Assembly (NCBI GenBank): GCA_965198115.1
Contig: OZ240241.1
Span: forward strand, 5,440,001 to 5,504,000
From: Candidatus Latescibacterota bacterium
GTDB lineage: Bacteria; Latescibacterota; UBA2968
Length of the DNA: 64,000 nt
Direction: 5' to 3'
Below are positions 42,022 to 52,691 of this stretch, piece after piece. Both the position numbers and the translations under genes were made by a program. A model generated the notes under the pieces. The model made no database searches and had not been told where the DNA came from. It worked only from the letters and a program-made list of their open reading frames with translations. Position 1 is the first letter of the stretch. Each line of letters starts with the position of its first letter.

Positions 42022-42216
42022 TTAATTCTCTTCGCCCACGAGCGCTTTCAGCCGTTCGATCGATTCGGCATCCGTGATCGGAATCGATCCCGCATTGTCC
42101 TCTCGACTCGTGAACACGGTCCATTTATTTCCACCGAGACTGGCCATAATCTGGACGATGTGGTCGGTGTTCACCAGGTGTTGCCCGAGCTCGGTTTTCA
42201 GTGTGATGTAGGCCAT
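42022..42216 (-). CDS. Small hypothetical protein (64 aa)
   Basis: GGAGG RBS then MAYITLKTELGQHLVNTDHIVQI... Confidence 0.6.
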   Translation of the reverse strand: MAYITLKTELGQHLVNTDHIVQIMASLGGNKWTVFTSREDNAGSIPITDAESIERLKALVGEEN

Positions 42217-42317
42217 CGTACCTCCGTGTAGATCGATGAGATAGCATCTTAGCAATAGTGCATATTAACGCCTGACCACCAGCATCGCACGATCATCGTC
42301 AGACGCGAGGATCACCG

Positions 42318-43337
42318 ATGGAAACCAACCAACTCTACATCGTCGAGCCGGGAAAAATCGAACTACAGAAAAAAGAGATCGACGAGTCCCTCGAGCCCCA
42401 TCAAGCCCTCGTCAGGACGGAATACTCTGTCGTCAGCGCAGGAACGGAAGGCGCGCGTTTTACGGGACTGGACCAGCAGATGCCGGCTCGGAACAGGAGC
42501 AGCTACCCACGATACACGGGCTATGGAAACCTCGGAGAAGTCCTCGCGGTCGGTGATGCCGTGGCGATGTGCGAACCGGGCGATCGCGTGCTCAGCTTCT
42601 CCCCCCACGGCTCCATCGTCAAAGCCGACGCCACACGTATGGCGTTGCCCGTGCCCAAAGACGCCGACGGCAAGCGTCTCGTCTTCTCGAGAATGGCCGG
42701 CGTCAGCATCAGCGCCCTTCGGTCGTCCTCGGTCCAGCCGGGTGACACCGTCGTCGTGATTGGAATGGGGTTGGTGGGCAATTTCGCTGCCCAATTGTTC
42801 AAAATGGCGGGCGCGGACGTGATGGCCGTCGACCTGTCCGATTTCCGGCTCGAAAAAGCGAGGGCGTGCGGCATCGAGCGAACCGTCAACTCCGGTCAGC
42901 AGCATCTTCTCGACACGGTCCACGAATGGACCGCGGGTAAAGGCGCTCACATTGTCGTCGAGGCCATCGGAATCAGCGAAGTCATCGACCAGGCGGTCAC
43001 GCTGACCCGACGCTACGGCGAAGTCATCCTGCTCGGGACGCCGCGGGCCCACGCGACCTTCAACGCCACCCCTATGCTTCTACGCATCCACATGGAAGCG
43101 ATTCGAATGATCGGTTCGCTCGAATGGCGCTGGCCGCAACACGAAACGGATCGGGTCCGCGACATCGAGACGAACTACCGCCAGATCACCGACTGGATCG
43201 CTAGCGGGCGGATCATCGCTGACCCTCTCCTGACGCATCTGGCCTCTCCCGCCGATTGTCAGCAGATCTACGAAGGCCTCACCTCAAACAAAGAAGAATA
43301 CCTCGCCGCGGTCTTCGACTGGTTACTGCTGTCCTGA
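42318..43337 (+). CDS. Zinc-type alcohol dehydrogenase-like (MDR) protein
   Basis: SVVSAGTE, YP...GY..GEV..VG, VVIGMGLVG, VVEAIG. Confidence 0.88.
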   Translation: METNQLYIVEPGKIELQKKEIDESLEPHQALVRTEYSVVSAGTEGARFTGLDQQMPARNRSSYPRYTGYGNLGEVLAVGDAVAMCEPGDRVLSFSPHGSIVKADATRMALPVPKDADGKRLVFSRMAGVSISALRSSSVQPGDTVVVIGMGLVGNFAAQLFKMAGADVMAVDLSDFRLEKARACGIERTVNSGQQHLLDTVHEWTAGKGAHIVVEAIGISEVIDQAVTLTRRYGEVILLGTPRAHATFNATPMLLRIHMEAIRMIGSLEWRWPQHETDRVRDIETNYRQITDWIASGRIIADPLLTHLASPADCQQIYEGLTSNKEEYLAAVFDWLLLS

Positions 43338-43486
43338 CACAGAAAAAGGGGATCGCGAAACTCATCACGATCCCCGGCCGGGCATCACCCGTTTTTCTGT
43401 TCGCAGCCGGAGGCTGCTCCTACCCGTCTACTACTGTCTACCGTCCACCCGTCCGAAGCGGTGCAGCCGCGAAGGCGGGTCAACCG

Positions 43487-44914
43487 CTACTGCAACAGCC
43501 TCCAAACCTGTGCAACCAGGAAGCAAACGACAAACCCCATCCCAACCGGCAGCAACGCGGAAATCGTCGTCCACTTCGGGCTCCGCGTCTCTTTCCAGAT
43601 CGTGTAGATCGTCGTCGAGCACGGATTGTGGATAAGACTGAACAACATCAGATTGACAGCCGTCAGAAGCGTCCAACCCCCAGCTGCAAAGATCGCAGCG
43701 GTCGCCGTTTCCGAATCCAGCTCGAACATCACGCCTGCGCCTTCACCCATCCCCGCCATCTTCGCGCTCAAAACCGTCAGCATCAGGATCGTCGGAACGA
43801 CGATCTCATTCGCGGGAATCGCCACCACGTAGGCAAGCAGGATCACGCCATTCAGTCCGAGTAACAACCCGAACGGGTGTGTGAAATCAATGAAGTGCTC
43901 GGCCAAGCTCGCTTCGCCAACCACGATGTTCGAAGATAACCAGATGACAGCACCCGCGGGCACAGCGAATATCACCGCACGCCACAGGACGATGAGTGTA
44001 CGATCGATGATCGACGTATAAATCGTTTGAAACACGCGTGGCGGGCGGTATGGTGGAAGCTCTAGACTGAACGCGGAGGCCTCCCCCCTGAGGATCGTAT
44101 GAGAAAGTACCCAGGATACGACAAATGTGAGCGTAATCCCTAAAACGGCCACACCGACGACCGCCCCTGCGGACAGGATACCCGCAAGATGGGCTGGCGC
44201 GAGTCCTCCGATGAAGATGGAGGCCACCAGAATCTGGGTCGGCCATCGGCCGTTACAGAGCGCGAAATTGTTCGTCACGATCGCGATCAAGCGTTCTCTC
44301 GGGCTGTCGATCACCCGGGTCGAGACGATCGCCGCTGCATTACATCCGAACCCCATACTCATCGTCAACGCCTGCTTCCCGTGTGCGCCCGCCTTCCTGA
44401 ACAGATTGTCCAGGTTGAACGCCACCCGCGGCAAGTAACCGAAATCCTCCAGAAGCGTGAAGATCGGGAAGAAAATCGCCATCGGGGGCAGCATCACCGC
44501 TATCACCCACGCCATCGCGAGATACACGCCATCGAGCAGGAAGCCGTCGATCCACCACGGAATGCCCAAATCGGCCGAACCCGCCTTGAGCGTCGTATGA
44601 ATGTTGTCGATCAGAAGCGTGGCCAACATACTCGATGGAAGATTGGCGCCCTCGATCGTCAACCAGAACACCACCGTCAGAATGCCCAGCATCATCGGGA
44701 ATCCCAGCCACCGGCTCGTCACGAGCCGATCGATCGTCCGGTCCAGATCGAACCAAGGCTGCTCCCCGGTTCGGGAGACGGCACGATCCGCGACCTGCGA
44801 GGCGTCCGTGTAAATCGTCTCCATCAGCGAATCGTGAAAATTCGGGCCCGCCTCCCAACGGATGGCGGCGGCTTCCGTTAAAATCTCCTCACCTCTGTTC
44901 TCAGCAACACTCAT
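43487..44914 (-). CDS. feoB: Ferrous iron transporter FeoB, membrane domain (split gene)
   Basis: [44 protein letters not shown]; own GGAGGT RBS and ATGA overlap. Confidence 0.9.
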   Translation of the reverse strand: MSVAENRGEEILTEAAAIRWEAGPNFHDSLMETIYTDASQVADRAVSRTGEQPWFDLDRTIDRLVTSRWLGFPMMLGILTVVFWLTIEGANLPSSMLATLLIDNIHTTLKAGSADLGIPWWIDGFLLDGVYLAMAWVIAVMLPPMAIFFPIFTLLEDFGYLPRVAFNLDNLFRKAGAHGKQALTMSMGFGCNAAAIVSTRVIDSPRERLIAIVTNNFALCNGRWPTQILVASIFIGGLAPAHLAGILSAGAVVGVAVLGITLTFVVSWVLSHTILRGEASAFSLELPPYRPPRVFQTIYTSIIDRTLIVLWRAVIFAVPAGAVIWLSSNIVVGEASLAEHFIDFTHPFGLLLGLNGVILLAYVVAIPANEIVVPTILMLTVLSAKMAGMGEGAGVMFELDSETATAAIFAAGGWTLLTAVNLMLFSLIHNPCSTTIYTIWKETRSPKWTTISALLPVGMGFVVCFLVAQVWRLLQ

Positions 44915-45729
44915 TGGGATACCTCCAGCGCCTCTTGCTCCGATGGCATGCCTCGATTTAAATCACCCAGTTCCCCCGTTCGAACAGCTTCGACGATACG
45001 CTTGTCGCCCTCCAGCAGACGCAGCGCCACCCACCGGGAGTTGGGAAGATCCGGAAACACCGACTCGATTTTTTCGACCAATCGACTGATCGCCTGACCC
45101 ATCGCCGGAGGCTCGTTCTCGAGTCGGTGGGGTTTGCAGATGACCTGCCCCGTCGCAACCTGCCCCAGGGTCTCGATCAGGAGTGGGATGCCTTCGTTCT
45201 GACGAGCCGCGGTGGGAACGACAGGCACGCCCAGGTCCCTCGCCAGCCTCCGGTCGTCCACCTGCAGGCCGTGCCGCTTCGCCTCATCCATCAAATTCAG
45301 ACAAACCACCGCGCGATCCGTGATCTCCAGCACCTGAAGAACCAGATTGAGATTCCTCTCCAGCCGCGTCGCGTCCACAACGATGACCGTCACATCCGGC
45401 TGCCCGAACAGAATGAAGTCTCGCGCGACTTCCTCGTCGAGACTCGTCGACAGGAGCGAGTAGGTCCCGGGCAGATCGACCAGCTTGTATCGCGACTCGC
45501 CATACGAGAAGCCCCCTTCGGCACGAACGACCGTCTTCCCCGGCCAGTTACCCGTGTGTTGCCGTAAACCTGTCAGTGCGTTGAACACCGTGCTCTTGCC
45601 CGTATTGGGATTGCCGGCCAGGGCGACCACGAAATCCCAATTCGACATGTTCACCCCGAGCTTGATCAGGTTCCCTGCGTGGTGCGCGGGGCAGGCTTCG
45701 CAACCTTCTGCCGTCATCTCAGTCGCCAT
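44911..45729 (-). CDS. feoB: FeoB N-terminal GTPase domain (split gene)
   Basis: [41 protein letters not shown]. Confidence 0.92.
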   Translation of the reverse strand: MATEMTAEGCEACPAHHAGNLIKLGVNMSNWDFVVALAGNPNTGKSTVFNALTGLRQHTGNWPGKTVVRAEGGFSYGESRYKLVDLPGTYSLLSTSLDEEVARDFILFGQPDVTVIVVDATRLERNLNLVLQVLEITDRAVVCLNLMDEAKRHGLQVDDRRLARDLGVPVVPTAARQNEGIPLLIETLGQVATGQVICKPHRLENEPPAMGQAISRLVEKIESVFPDLPNSRWVALRLLEGDKRIVEAVRTGELGDLNRGMPSEQEALEVSQ

Positions 45730-45730
45730 C

Positions 45731-46765
45731 TTAGTGAGCCTCCAACGTCCGATTAATCTGAATATGATCGGCTTGTTCTCTACGGAGGGCCACGGTAGCG
45801 CCTCGAATCCGATAAGCCGTGGGGTCGCCACTTGGACTCTTCATCTCCGCGTGTATCGCCGTACCTGGAAGAATACCCAGATCCATCAGCCGTCGGCGAG
45901 CCAATCCTCGACAACGACGGGAAATCCTGATGACCTCGCCCGATTCTCCCGGTCGCAGCACAGCCAGCGTATCCTGGAACTCTTCCTCTTCCTCCTCGAT
46001 CGGCCCGGGGGCGACAACCACGGCCACATTCGCCGCAATAATGGGCGCGAGAATGCACTCGGTCCCGTTCGCCCAGAAGCGCACTCTTTCTGGTGTTAGC
46101 TCGATCAGATCGAGGCGAACTCCCGGCTGCAATCCCTCCGCCACGATCTGAGCATACACCGCTTCGGGTTCATCCTCGACGTGCACGACCGTCACGGGCG
46201 ACCCGACCTCCGCCTCCGAAAGGGGCACACCCCGTTGCGGTGCGATTTCCCCATCGGCCGTCGGGATCGGATCTCCGTGCGGATCGTAGGCCGGATTCCC
46301 CATCTCAAAGGCCAGCTGGTCGACATCGTCATCGGCCAGGTCGTGTTCTCTTTCTTCGGCCAGTCGGTGCCAGTCCTCTTCTGTCACACCTGTCTCCTCA
46401 GACAGGTAGTGCTCCCAAAGCCTGTGGACGCGAATGATCCGAAGCGCATAGGATCGACCGATCGGCGTCAGATGGATCACCCCGCTTTCGGACTTCACCA
46501 GACCTCTTTCCTCAGCTCGAACCAACAGATCCGCAGCCTCATTCCGCGACACCTCGAGCGCTCCACCAAGGCTCTCCACGGACGCCGGTTGGTTCCGATA
46601 CTCGAAATTGTAAAGATGTTTCAACGCATCTTCCAGCAGCACACGGCCGCCCTGGCGTCGTACGCGTTGGGTCTGCCAGTAATAGCCACGTTGGGGCCAG
46701 AACAGAAGCGCCGCGACGAGCGCAATCGCAATAGCCACAAAAAGAGCCGTCAGAGGATCGGCCAT
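45731..46765 (-). CDS. DtxR/MntR family metal-dependent regulator with N-terminal TM helix and two FeoA/SH3 domains
   Basis: [34 protein letters not shown]; [12 protein letters not shown]...[15 protein letters not shown]. Confidence 0.88.
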   Translation of the reverse strand: MADPLTALFVAIAIALVAALLFWPQRGYYWQTQRVRRQGGRVLLEDALKHLYNFEYRNQPASVESLGGALEVSRNEAADLLVRAEERGLVKSESGVIHLTPIGRSYALRIIRVHRLWEHYLSEETGVTEEDWHRLAEEREHDLADDDVDQLAFEMGNPAYDPHGDPIPTADGEIAPQRGVPLSEAEVGSPVTVVHVEDEPEAVYAQIVAEGLQPGVRLDLIELTPERVRFWANGTECILAPIIAANVAVVVAPGPIEEEEEEFQDTLAVLRPGESGEVIRISRRCRGLARRRLMDLGILPGTAIHAEMKSPSGDPTAYRIRGATVALRREQADHIQINRTLEAH

Positions 46766-46805
46766 CTCGATCTCCTACTCAAACACGATATAGGTTCTCA
46801 ATAAT

Positions 46806-46851
46806 TATTTAGGCGTACCTAAATATAACAGGGATCGGCGGGGTCTGTCAA
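46806..46851 (-). promoter_or_regulatory. Sigma70 promoter with overlapping DtxR-family operator
   Basis: TTGACA (46851-46846), TGnTATATT -10; palindrome TATTTAGG-CGTA-CCTAAATA at 46806-46825. Confidence 0.75.
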
Positions 46852-47008
46852 GAAAGTCGGGAGCCCGGGACTCGGGGTACCGAACGCACGTGGGCTGTCT
46901 GTGAAACACAATGTCGTTTGCTACCACGTTGCCTGTCCTGAGCACCAGTCGAAGGGAACCATCCCAACGCCAATGCGTTTCACCCGATTCACTCGCGGGT
47001 GATCACTC

Positions 47009-47996
47009 CTATTGCACTACAACCGTCTCGCCCTGCTCGGCCGATCGCACGATCGCGTCGGCGACCTTCACGTAACGAAGACTCTGCTCGGGCTTGACGA
47101 TGAGCTCCGCCTCGCCACGGATCGCTTCGAACACATTCTGATAGAACGGGCGGCTCTGGAGATGGAACTCGGGGGGCTCGAGAATGAGCTCCTCGGTTAG
47201 ATCCTCGCCATCGCGCCGGATCTGAAGCGCGTACGGATCCTTCCGTCCGGTGACGAACACGTCCCCCTTCTCGAACGACACCTCGAAGCGGCGATAGTCC
47301 CTGATTCTCGACGCCTTGCTCATCTCCACGCGTGCTGTCGAGTCATCTGAGAAGGTGAGGAAGCAGTTGAAGTAGTCGTCCTCGTTCAGGATCGACTTCA
47401 GAACGCCCGAAACCCGAACCGGACCGTCTGGCGACATCGACAGGACCTGGTCGAGCAGGTGGGGACCGAACGACATAAACGGTCCCTTCCCCGTCCATCT
47501 GCTGCTGTCCGCCCACGTCTTCTTCCACGGCCCGCCCAGGTGTCTCGACTGAATCATATACAGCTTTCCAAGCTCCCCGCTCCGAAGAAGCTCACGAATC
47601 GCGACATAATTCGGATCCCATCGCCGGTTCTGGTGCGTCGTAACCACCAACCCATTCTCACGCCCCGTCTTCACTAGGTGTTCAGCTTCCTCCGGACTGA
47701 ACGACATCGGCTTCTCGGACACCACGTGCTTTCCCGCGGCCTGCGCCCGCACCGCCGTCGGACCGTGCAGAAAGTTGGGCAACGGAATCACCACCAGATC
47801 CAAACCGGGATGATCGAAGAACGCGTCCAGATCCGTGTAGCCCTTGCACAGATACGTGTCAGCGGAGTGCGCCAGCCGCTCTTCCCGTTCGTCCGCAAAC
47901 GGCGACGATCTCGCATTCATCCATTCCCGCCAGACAAGGCCCATGAAGTTCTTCGGAGATATTGCCCCAGCCTGCGATTCCCACACCAATGCTCAT
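47009..47996 (-). pseudogene. Gfo/Idh/MocA oxidoreductase, frameshift near 47887
   Basis: MSIGVGIAGWG N-terminus in one frame; AGKHVVSEKP, HQNRRWD, GPHLLDQ in another. Confidence 0.82.
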
Positions 47997-48235
47997 TCAT
48001 TTACTCCAGGCAAAGAAGGCCAATTGAGATCTGCAGGATCAGGAGGCCAATGTCACCCCGGTACGTTCTTAGCCGGGATCATTCTGACTCTCGTGAAAGA
48101 GAAAACGGATCCCGGCTCAACTTGATTTTGGTGGGGTTCTACGGGCAACCCGGGCACCTCACCCAAGTCTTGCCTTCGGGTTCTGTTTTCCTTGGTGTCT
48201 TCGTGTCTTGGTGGTTCAAACCTCAGAGTCCACGA

Positions 48236-48985
48236 ATGGATAACCGACAGGATTTCTGGCAGGGCGAAAATCAAGGCGCCGTCTCGTTGACCTTCGACGA
48301 TGGAGTCAAAACGCACATCGACAACGCCATACCCACCCTCGATCGACACGACCTCAAGGGCACCTTCTACGTCAATCCCGGGCGTGGACCGAGGTGAGAC
48401 GCGTTCCTGACTGACTGGAAAAAAGCCAGCGTGAATGGCCACGAAATCGGCAATCACACCTGTGATCATCCCTGCTCGTGCAACTACGGGTTCCACGATG
48501 ACTACTGCCTCGAAAAGCTCGCATTACCCGACATCGCCGACACGATCGACCGAGCCACCGCCATCCTCGACGCCGAGTTCCCAGAACAGAACGGAAACCG
48601 TAGCTTCTGCTACCCCTGCTACCAGAGCCACGTGGGGTCCGGCGTCGACCGACAGTCCTACGTCCCCATTGTTGCCGAACGGTTCAAAGTCGGGCGGGGC
48701 GGTGGCGAGCGCTCCAACAATCCCGACCTCATCGACCTGTCCTACGCCTGGGCGTGGGCGGTCGAAGACGTCAGTGGCCAGGCCATCATCGACCACATCG
48801 AAAAGGCCGTCGATCAAGGCCAGTGGGCCATCATCTGTATGCACGGCATCGGGGGCGAGCACCTCGCCATCTCGACCGAGGCGCTCGACGAGGTTAGTGC
48901 CCACCTCACAGCTCATCGCAACCACATATGGACAGCCACGTCGATCACGTCGCCGACTACATCATCGATCGTCGCGCCGAGCTGA
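48236..48985 (+). pseudogene. Polysaccharide deacetylase (NodB/CE4), in-frame TGA at 48395-48397 and late frameshift
   Basis: AVSLTFDDG, KGTFYVNP..R*DAF, GHEIGNHT..HPC, SFCYPC, MHG. Confidence 0.82.
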
Positions 48986-49026
48986 GCATCGTCGCCCCCT
49001 GAAACCAGCCTGATACCCGTTTCCCC

Positions 49027-50067
49027 GTGATTCCTACCGTTACGCCCGAGTGGCTCACTGAAAGACTCCGCGAAATGGGCGCGCTCCCATCCGGCTCGGC
49101 CACCGGAGTCTGGCCGGGCGATCCTGAATCCGACGTCCTCCTCCCCTTCGAAGTCCTCTACAGTTCGGATGCTCCAGCCAACGCACCGCGGCATCTCCTC
49201 ATCAAAGCCAACACCAAGGGGGATAGCTACGGGGAATGCGAGGCCCGTCTCTACGGGGACATTCTTACCAACGAGTCGGATCCACCCGTCCCCCCGACCT
49301 ACGATGTCCGGTTCGACGCAAAGACTCGCAACAGCTACCTGCTCCAGGAAGACCTTCGTCCCACGCACCGACTCGCGGTGAGGGAGGACGCGCCACCCAC
49401 GATTGACGGTATCGGCGCCATCGTCGACCAGGTGGCGCGCGTCCACGCCCTTTGTTGGAACCGGTCCTTCATCGACGAGCCCCTCTTCGTCGAGCCTAGG
49501 AATGACATCATCGCGATGTCTCAGGCCACGTCGAGCGAGGGGCTCAGAGCGGCCACTGACGAAATCCTCCGGAATCAGCTGCCGCGGCTGTTCAAAACCG
49601 CCGAGGACCTGCCGGCCGAGTGGCTTTCCACCTGCAGACACGCGATTGAACGCTGGCCCGACCTCTATACCTCACGCATCGCGACAAGGAACCTCACCCT
49701 CATCCACGCCGATCTCCATCCCTGGAACGTCTTCGTACCGATCGACGGGAGTGGACCGCCACGCATCTTCGATTGGGAGCTCCTTTGTCGCGGTCTCGGT
49801 GTCTACGACGTGTCCTACCTGATCATTCGCTGTCGACTGGATCCTGAAACGAGACGCGAATTCGAAGCGGCATTCATTCCTCGTTACCACGAACGCCTCG
49901 TGACACTCGGGGTTTCGGACTACACCCTCGATGCGTGCCACGAAGACTACCGATTCTCCATCGTTCCGAACATTCTCCCCCCGCTCGCGTGGCAGCGACC
50001 GCACAATCTGGTCTCCACGATGGAAGCCTTTTCCGACTGGGACTGCGGGGATCTCGTCGGTGGATGA
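49027..50067 (+). CDS. Aminoglycoside/choline-kinase-like phosphotransferase
   Basis: LLQEDL, TLIHADLHPWNV, IFDWE, DVSYL. Confidence 0.82.
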   Translation: MIPTVTPEWLTERLREMGALPSGSATGVWPGDPESDVLLPFEVLYSSDAPANAPRHLLIKANTKGDSYGECEARLYGDILTNESDPPVPPTYDVRFDAKTRNSYLLQEDLRPTHRLAVREDAPPTIDGIGAIVDQVARVHALCWNRSFIDEPLFVEPRNDIIAMSQATSSEGLRAATDEILRNQLPRLFKTAEDLPAEWLSTCRHAIERWPDLYTSRIATRNLTLIHADLHPWNVFVPIDGSGPPRIFDWELLCRGLGVYDVSYLIIRCRLDPETRREFEAAFIPRYHERLVTLGVSDYTLDACHEDYRFSIVPNILPPLAWQRPHNLVSTMEAFSDWDCGDLVGG

Positions 50068-50515
50068 AAAAGAAATCGAGGGGATACGCGTAGGCGTCTA
50101 CGGCCTTGTCATCGCCGAAGAGCACATCCTGCTCGTACACTCTGACCGGGGACCGGACACGGGTCAGTGGAGCTTGCCCGGAGGTGGGATGGAACCGGGT
50201 GAAACGACCCTCAAGACCCTCGATCGGGAGATAGAGGAGGAAACCGGTCTAATTCAGTTGCCTGAACCCAGGCTGTTCACGACAATGTCCACAATCGTCG
50301 AGGGAGCATCCGTTTCAGGCAAAAGCCTGCAGCTGCTTGGCATCGTCTATCTCATCACCTTAGATCGCAGAATGACCGTCCTCGTACGGAATGTGGACGA
50401 GGACATCAGCGCCTGCGAATGGCAACCGATCGAGGATCTGGATCAGCTGAACATTTCAGCATTTGCCGGACAGGCCATCGACGATTTCCTGAAAACCAAG
50501 AGAGGCAATGAATGA
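50060..50515 (+). CDS. NUDIX hydrolase
   Basis: WSLPGGGMEPGETT...REIEEETGL Nudix box. Confidence 0.88.
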   Translation: MDEKEIEGIRVGVYGLVIAEEHILLVHSDRGPDTGQWSLPGGGMEPGETTLKTLDREIEEETGLIQLPEPRLFTTMSTIVEGASVSGKSLQLLGIVYLITLDRRMTVLVRNVDEDISACEWQPIEDLDQLNISAFAGQAIDDFLKTKRGNE

Positions 50516-51291
50516 AACTATCGTGCTGCATCTGGGCACTCGGCGAACCTGAGGCGGTTGCTCACCGGAAACTGAAGGACCTCGGCTTCACAGCCTTCGA
50601 TATCCGTCCATCGCTTCTGCGTTCGGATGAGGCAGATACCTCTCGCAAAACGCTGGGCTTCGAACTCTGTTGCATCGCGCTCACTCACGAGCGGCCGGAA
50701 GGCGCCAAGATCGACACCGACGATGCGGATCGCGTGAAGCTGGCCATCGACCACGTCAAAGATGGCCTCGATCACGCCGCAAGTCGCGGAATCCCGTGGT
50801 CCTACGTCGTGCCCGAACCACCCGTCGACGATCGCACCCTGGAACGCTATGCCGAGCGTTACGCCGAAATCGCCGAACACGGGAGGGCACAGGGCGTCAA
50901 AGTCTGCATCGAACATTTCCCTGGCACCGCCTTTCCCACCGTCGCCTCCACACTCGACTTCATCGAGAGCGTGGGCCACGACAATCTGTATCTTCTGTTC
51001 GACATCGGTCACGCGCAGATGGCAGATGAAGATCCCCGCGCCGAGCTCACGGCCGCGGGCGATCGTCTAGGCTACGTCCATCTCGATGACAACGACGGGG
51101 TCGGGGACCTACACCTGGCCCTCACCGATGGCGTGATGACCGAAGATTCGTTGTCCAGCCTCTTCCAGGTCTTGTCCGACGTCGGCTACGAAGGACCCGT
51201 CAGCCTGGAGATGAAGGATAACCTGCCCGATCCGCTGGACGCCATCGACCGCAGCCAGCAGGTTGTCTGTCGACTCGCAAATGTCTCCTGA
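50512..51291 (+). CDS. Sugar phosphate isomerase/epimerase (AP endonuclease 2 fold)
   Basis: CIEH, LLFDIGH, YVHLDDNDG..D.HL, GPVSLE. Confidence 0.85.
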   Translation: MKLSCCIWALGEPEAVAHRKLKDLGFTAFDIRPSLLRSDEADTSRKTLGFELCCIALTHERPEGAKIDTDDADRVKLAIDHVKDGLDHAASRGIPWSYVVPEPPVDDRTLERYAERYAEIAEHGRAQGVKVCIEHFPGTAFPTVASTLDFIESVGHDNLYLLFDIGHAQMADEDPRAELTAAGDRLGYVHLDDNDGVGDLHLALTDGVMTEDSLSSLFQVLSDVGYEGPVSLEMKDNLPDPLDAIDRSQQVVCRLANVS

Positions 51292-51325
51292 ATAACTTAT
51301 TTATATAAGTTTACGTTTTTTCTCG

Positions 51326-51352
51326 TTAAAAGTGGCCCCGGGGCCACTTTTA
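51326..51352. terminator. Perfect 13-bp-arm palindrome between convergent genes (probable bidirectional terminator)
   Basis: TTAAAAGTGGCCC-C-GGGCCACTTTTAA. Confidence 0.55.
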
Positions 51353-51386
51353 AGGCAGACTACTCCGAGACAGACTGTATCGAGGA

Positions 51387-52652
51387 CTATCTTATCCTGG
51401 TGCCGGCCTGGAAAACGGCGGCGGCCTGGCCCGCAGCCTCTATGTCCACGGTCGGGTCACCTCGAAGCGCGACGAGGTCGGCCACCTTCCCTTTTTCGAT
51501 CGTCCCGATCTCATCGGTGAGCCCGATCGCCTCCGCCGAAACTCGCGTCGCCGACAGCAGGGCTTCCGCGGGCGTGAACCCTACCTGCACGAACAATTCC
51601 AGATCGTAATCGAGATGACCGAACGCAAGGATCCCCACGCCAGAATCCGTACCCGGCAAGACGCGTTCCTTGATATCGTACTCCATCAGCTTCCGCATCA
51701 CGTCCAAACGTCCCTCGGCCCTTGCTTCCAATTGATGAAGCTCGACTTCTCCATCGTGGGACAGCGCGCCGATCTCGCGCTGGTTTCTCAATTCGACAAT
51801 CCGCGGGTACTTCGTCCAGGCCTGTAGTGTCGGGCTGATCCAGATTCTGGATTCGGCCATCATCTCCGCCAGTTTGGGATCGAACCGCATCTCGTCGTCA
51901 GGATCCAGAAACTCGGCGTGCTCCATCAGATCGATCCCGGCCTTGACCGCGTTGATCATCGACTCTCGAGCACGACAGTGGGCGGCCGTCGGTCGATCGT
52001 AGTTGTGGGCTTCGTGCACGGCGGCGTGCAGCTCCACCTCGGTATAGGACGCCCGACCCGGGACCGTCCCTCGCGTACCACCCCCCGAGGCCATAATCTT
52101 GATGTAATCGGCACCCTCGTGAACCAGCCGGCGAACTGATCGCCGAATCTCCTCTTCCCCGTCCGCTACCTCGTTACAGAAGTGAAAATGGCCACCCGTG
52201 CACGTAATAGGTCGACCACTCACCATCATCCTCGGTCCTGGGATGTATCCGCGTCCAAGTCCCTCCTTGAGTGCAAAGCCGACGCGGTTACGCGCACCGT
52301 GTTCGCGAATCGTCGTGATGCCCGCGTGAAGGTGCTTGAACATATTCATCGCACCCGTCACGACCATCATCTCGTCCGACTCATTGAACATCTCGTCATA
52401 CGATCGGCCATCACCCGCCAGACTCAGATGCGTGTGACCGTCGATCATCCCCGGTGCGAGCGTCGTTCCTTCCAACCGAACCTCGACCGTGTCGTGAGGA
52501 CAGTCTTTCCGAATCGCGTCGACGGGACCGATCGCATCGATGCGATCGGCGGACACAAGCACACCCAAACCGGTCTTCACGTTCCCGTCAACGCCATCGA
52601 ACACCCTGTCGGCAATGATCAATTGTGGATGCGCCACCTTCGGATACATCAT
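51387..52652 (-). CDS. Amidohydrolase (Xaa-Pro dipeptidase-like)
   Basis: PGMIDGHTH, TGGH, GADYIKIMASGG, AAH, EHA, GTDSG, GKVADLV. Confidence 0.9.
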   Translation of the reverse strand: MMYPKVAHPQLIIADRVFDGVDGNVKTGLGVLVSADRIDAIGPVDAIRKDCPHDTVEVRLEGTTLAPGMIDGHTHLSLAGDGRSYDEMFNESDEMMVVTGAMNMFKHLHAGITTIREHGARNRVGFALKEGLGRGYIPGPRMMVSGRPITCTGGHFHFCNEVADGEEEIRRSVRRLVHEGADYIKIMASGGGTRGTVPGRASYTEVELHAAVHEAHNYDRPTAAHCRARESMINAVKAGIDLMEHAEFLDPDDEMRFDPKLAEMMAESRIWISPTLQAWTKYPRIVELRNQREIGALSHDGEVELHQLEARAEGRLDVMRKLMEYDIKERVLPGTDSGVGILAFGHLDYDLELFVQVGFTPAEALLSATRVSAEAIGLTDEIGTIEKGKVADLVALRGDPTVDIEAAGQAAAVFQAGTRIR

Positions 52653-52691
52653 CTCTCGAGCCTCCGTCCTACAGGGATAGACATCTGATCC

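Noticed and set aside
44905-44920. feoB split as a sequencing frameshift
   Set aside because: ATGA coupling with a GGAGGT RBS and plausible termini indicate two real genes.
6193-48397. Genome-wide UGA=Trp or UGA=Gly recoding
   Set aside because: TGG is used freely for Trp, and many genes clearly end at TGA at family-typical C-termini (13541, 26183, 38838, 60976). One in-frame TGA fits Arg (CGA) better.
51281-51312. Chromosomal dif site
   Set aside because: TAA/TTA spacing is 5 rather than 6 nt and the XerD arm match is poor.
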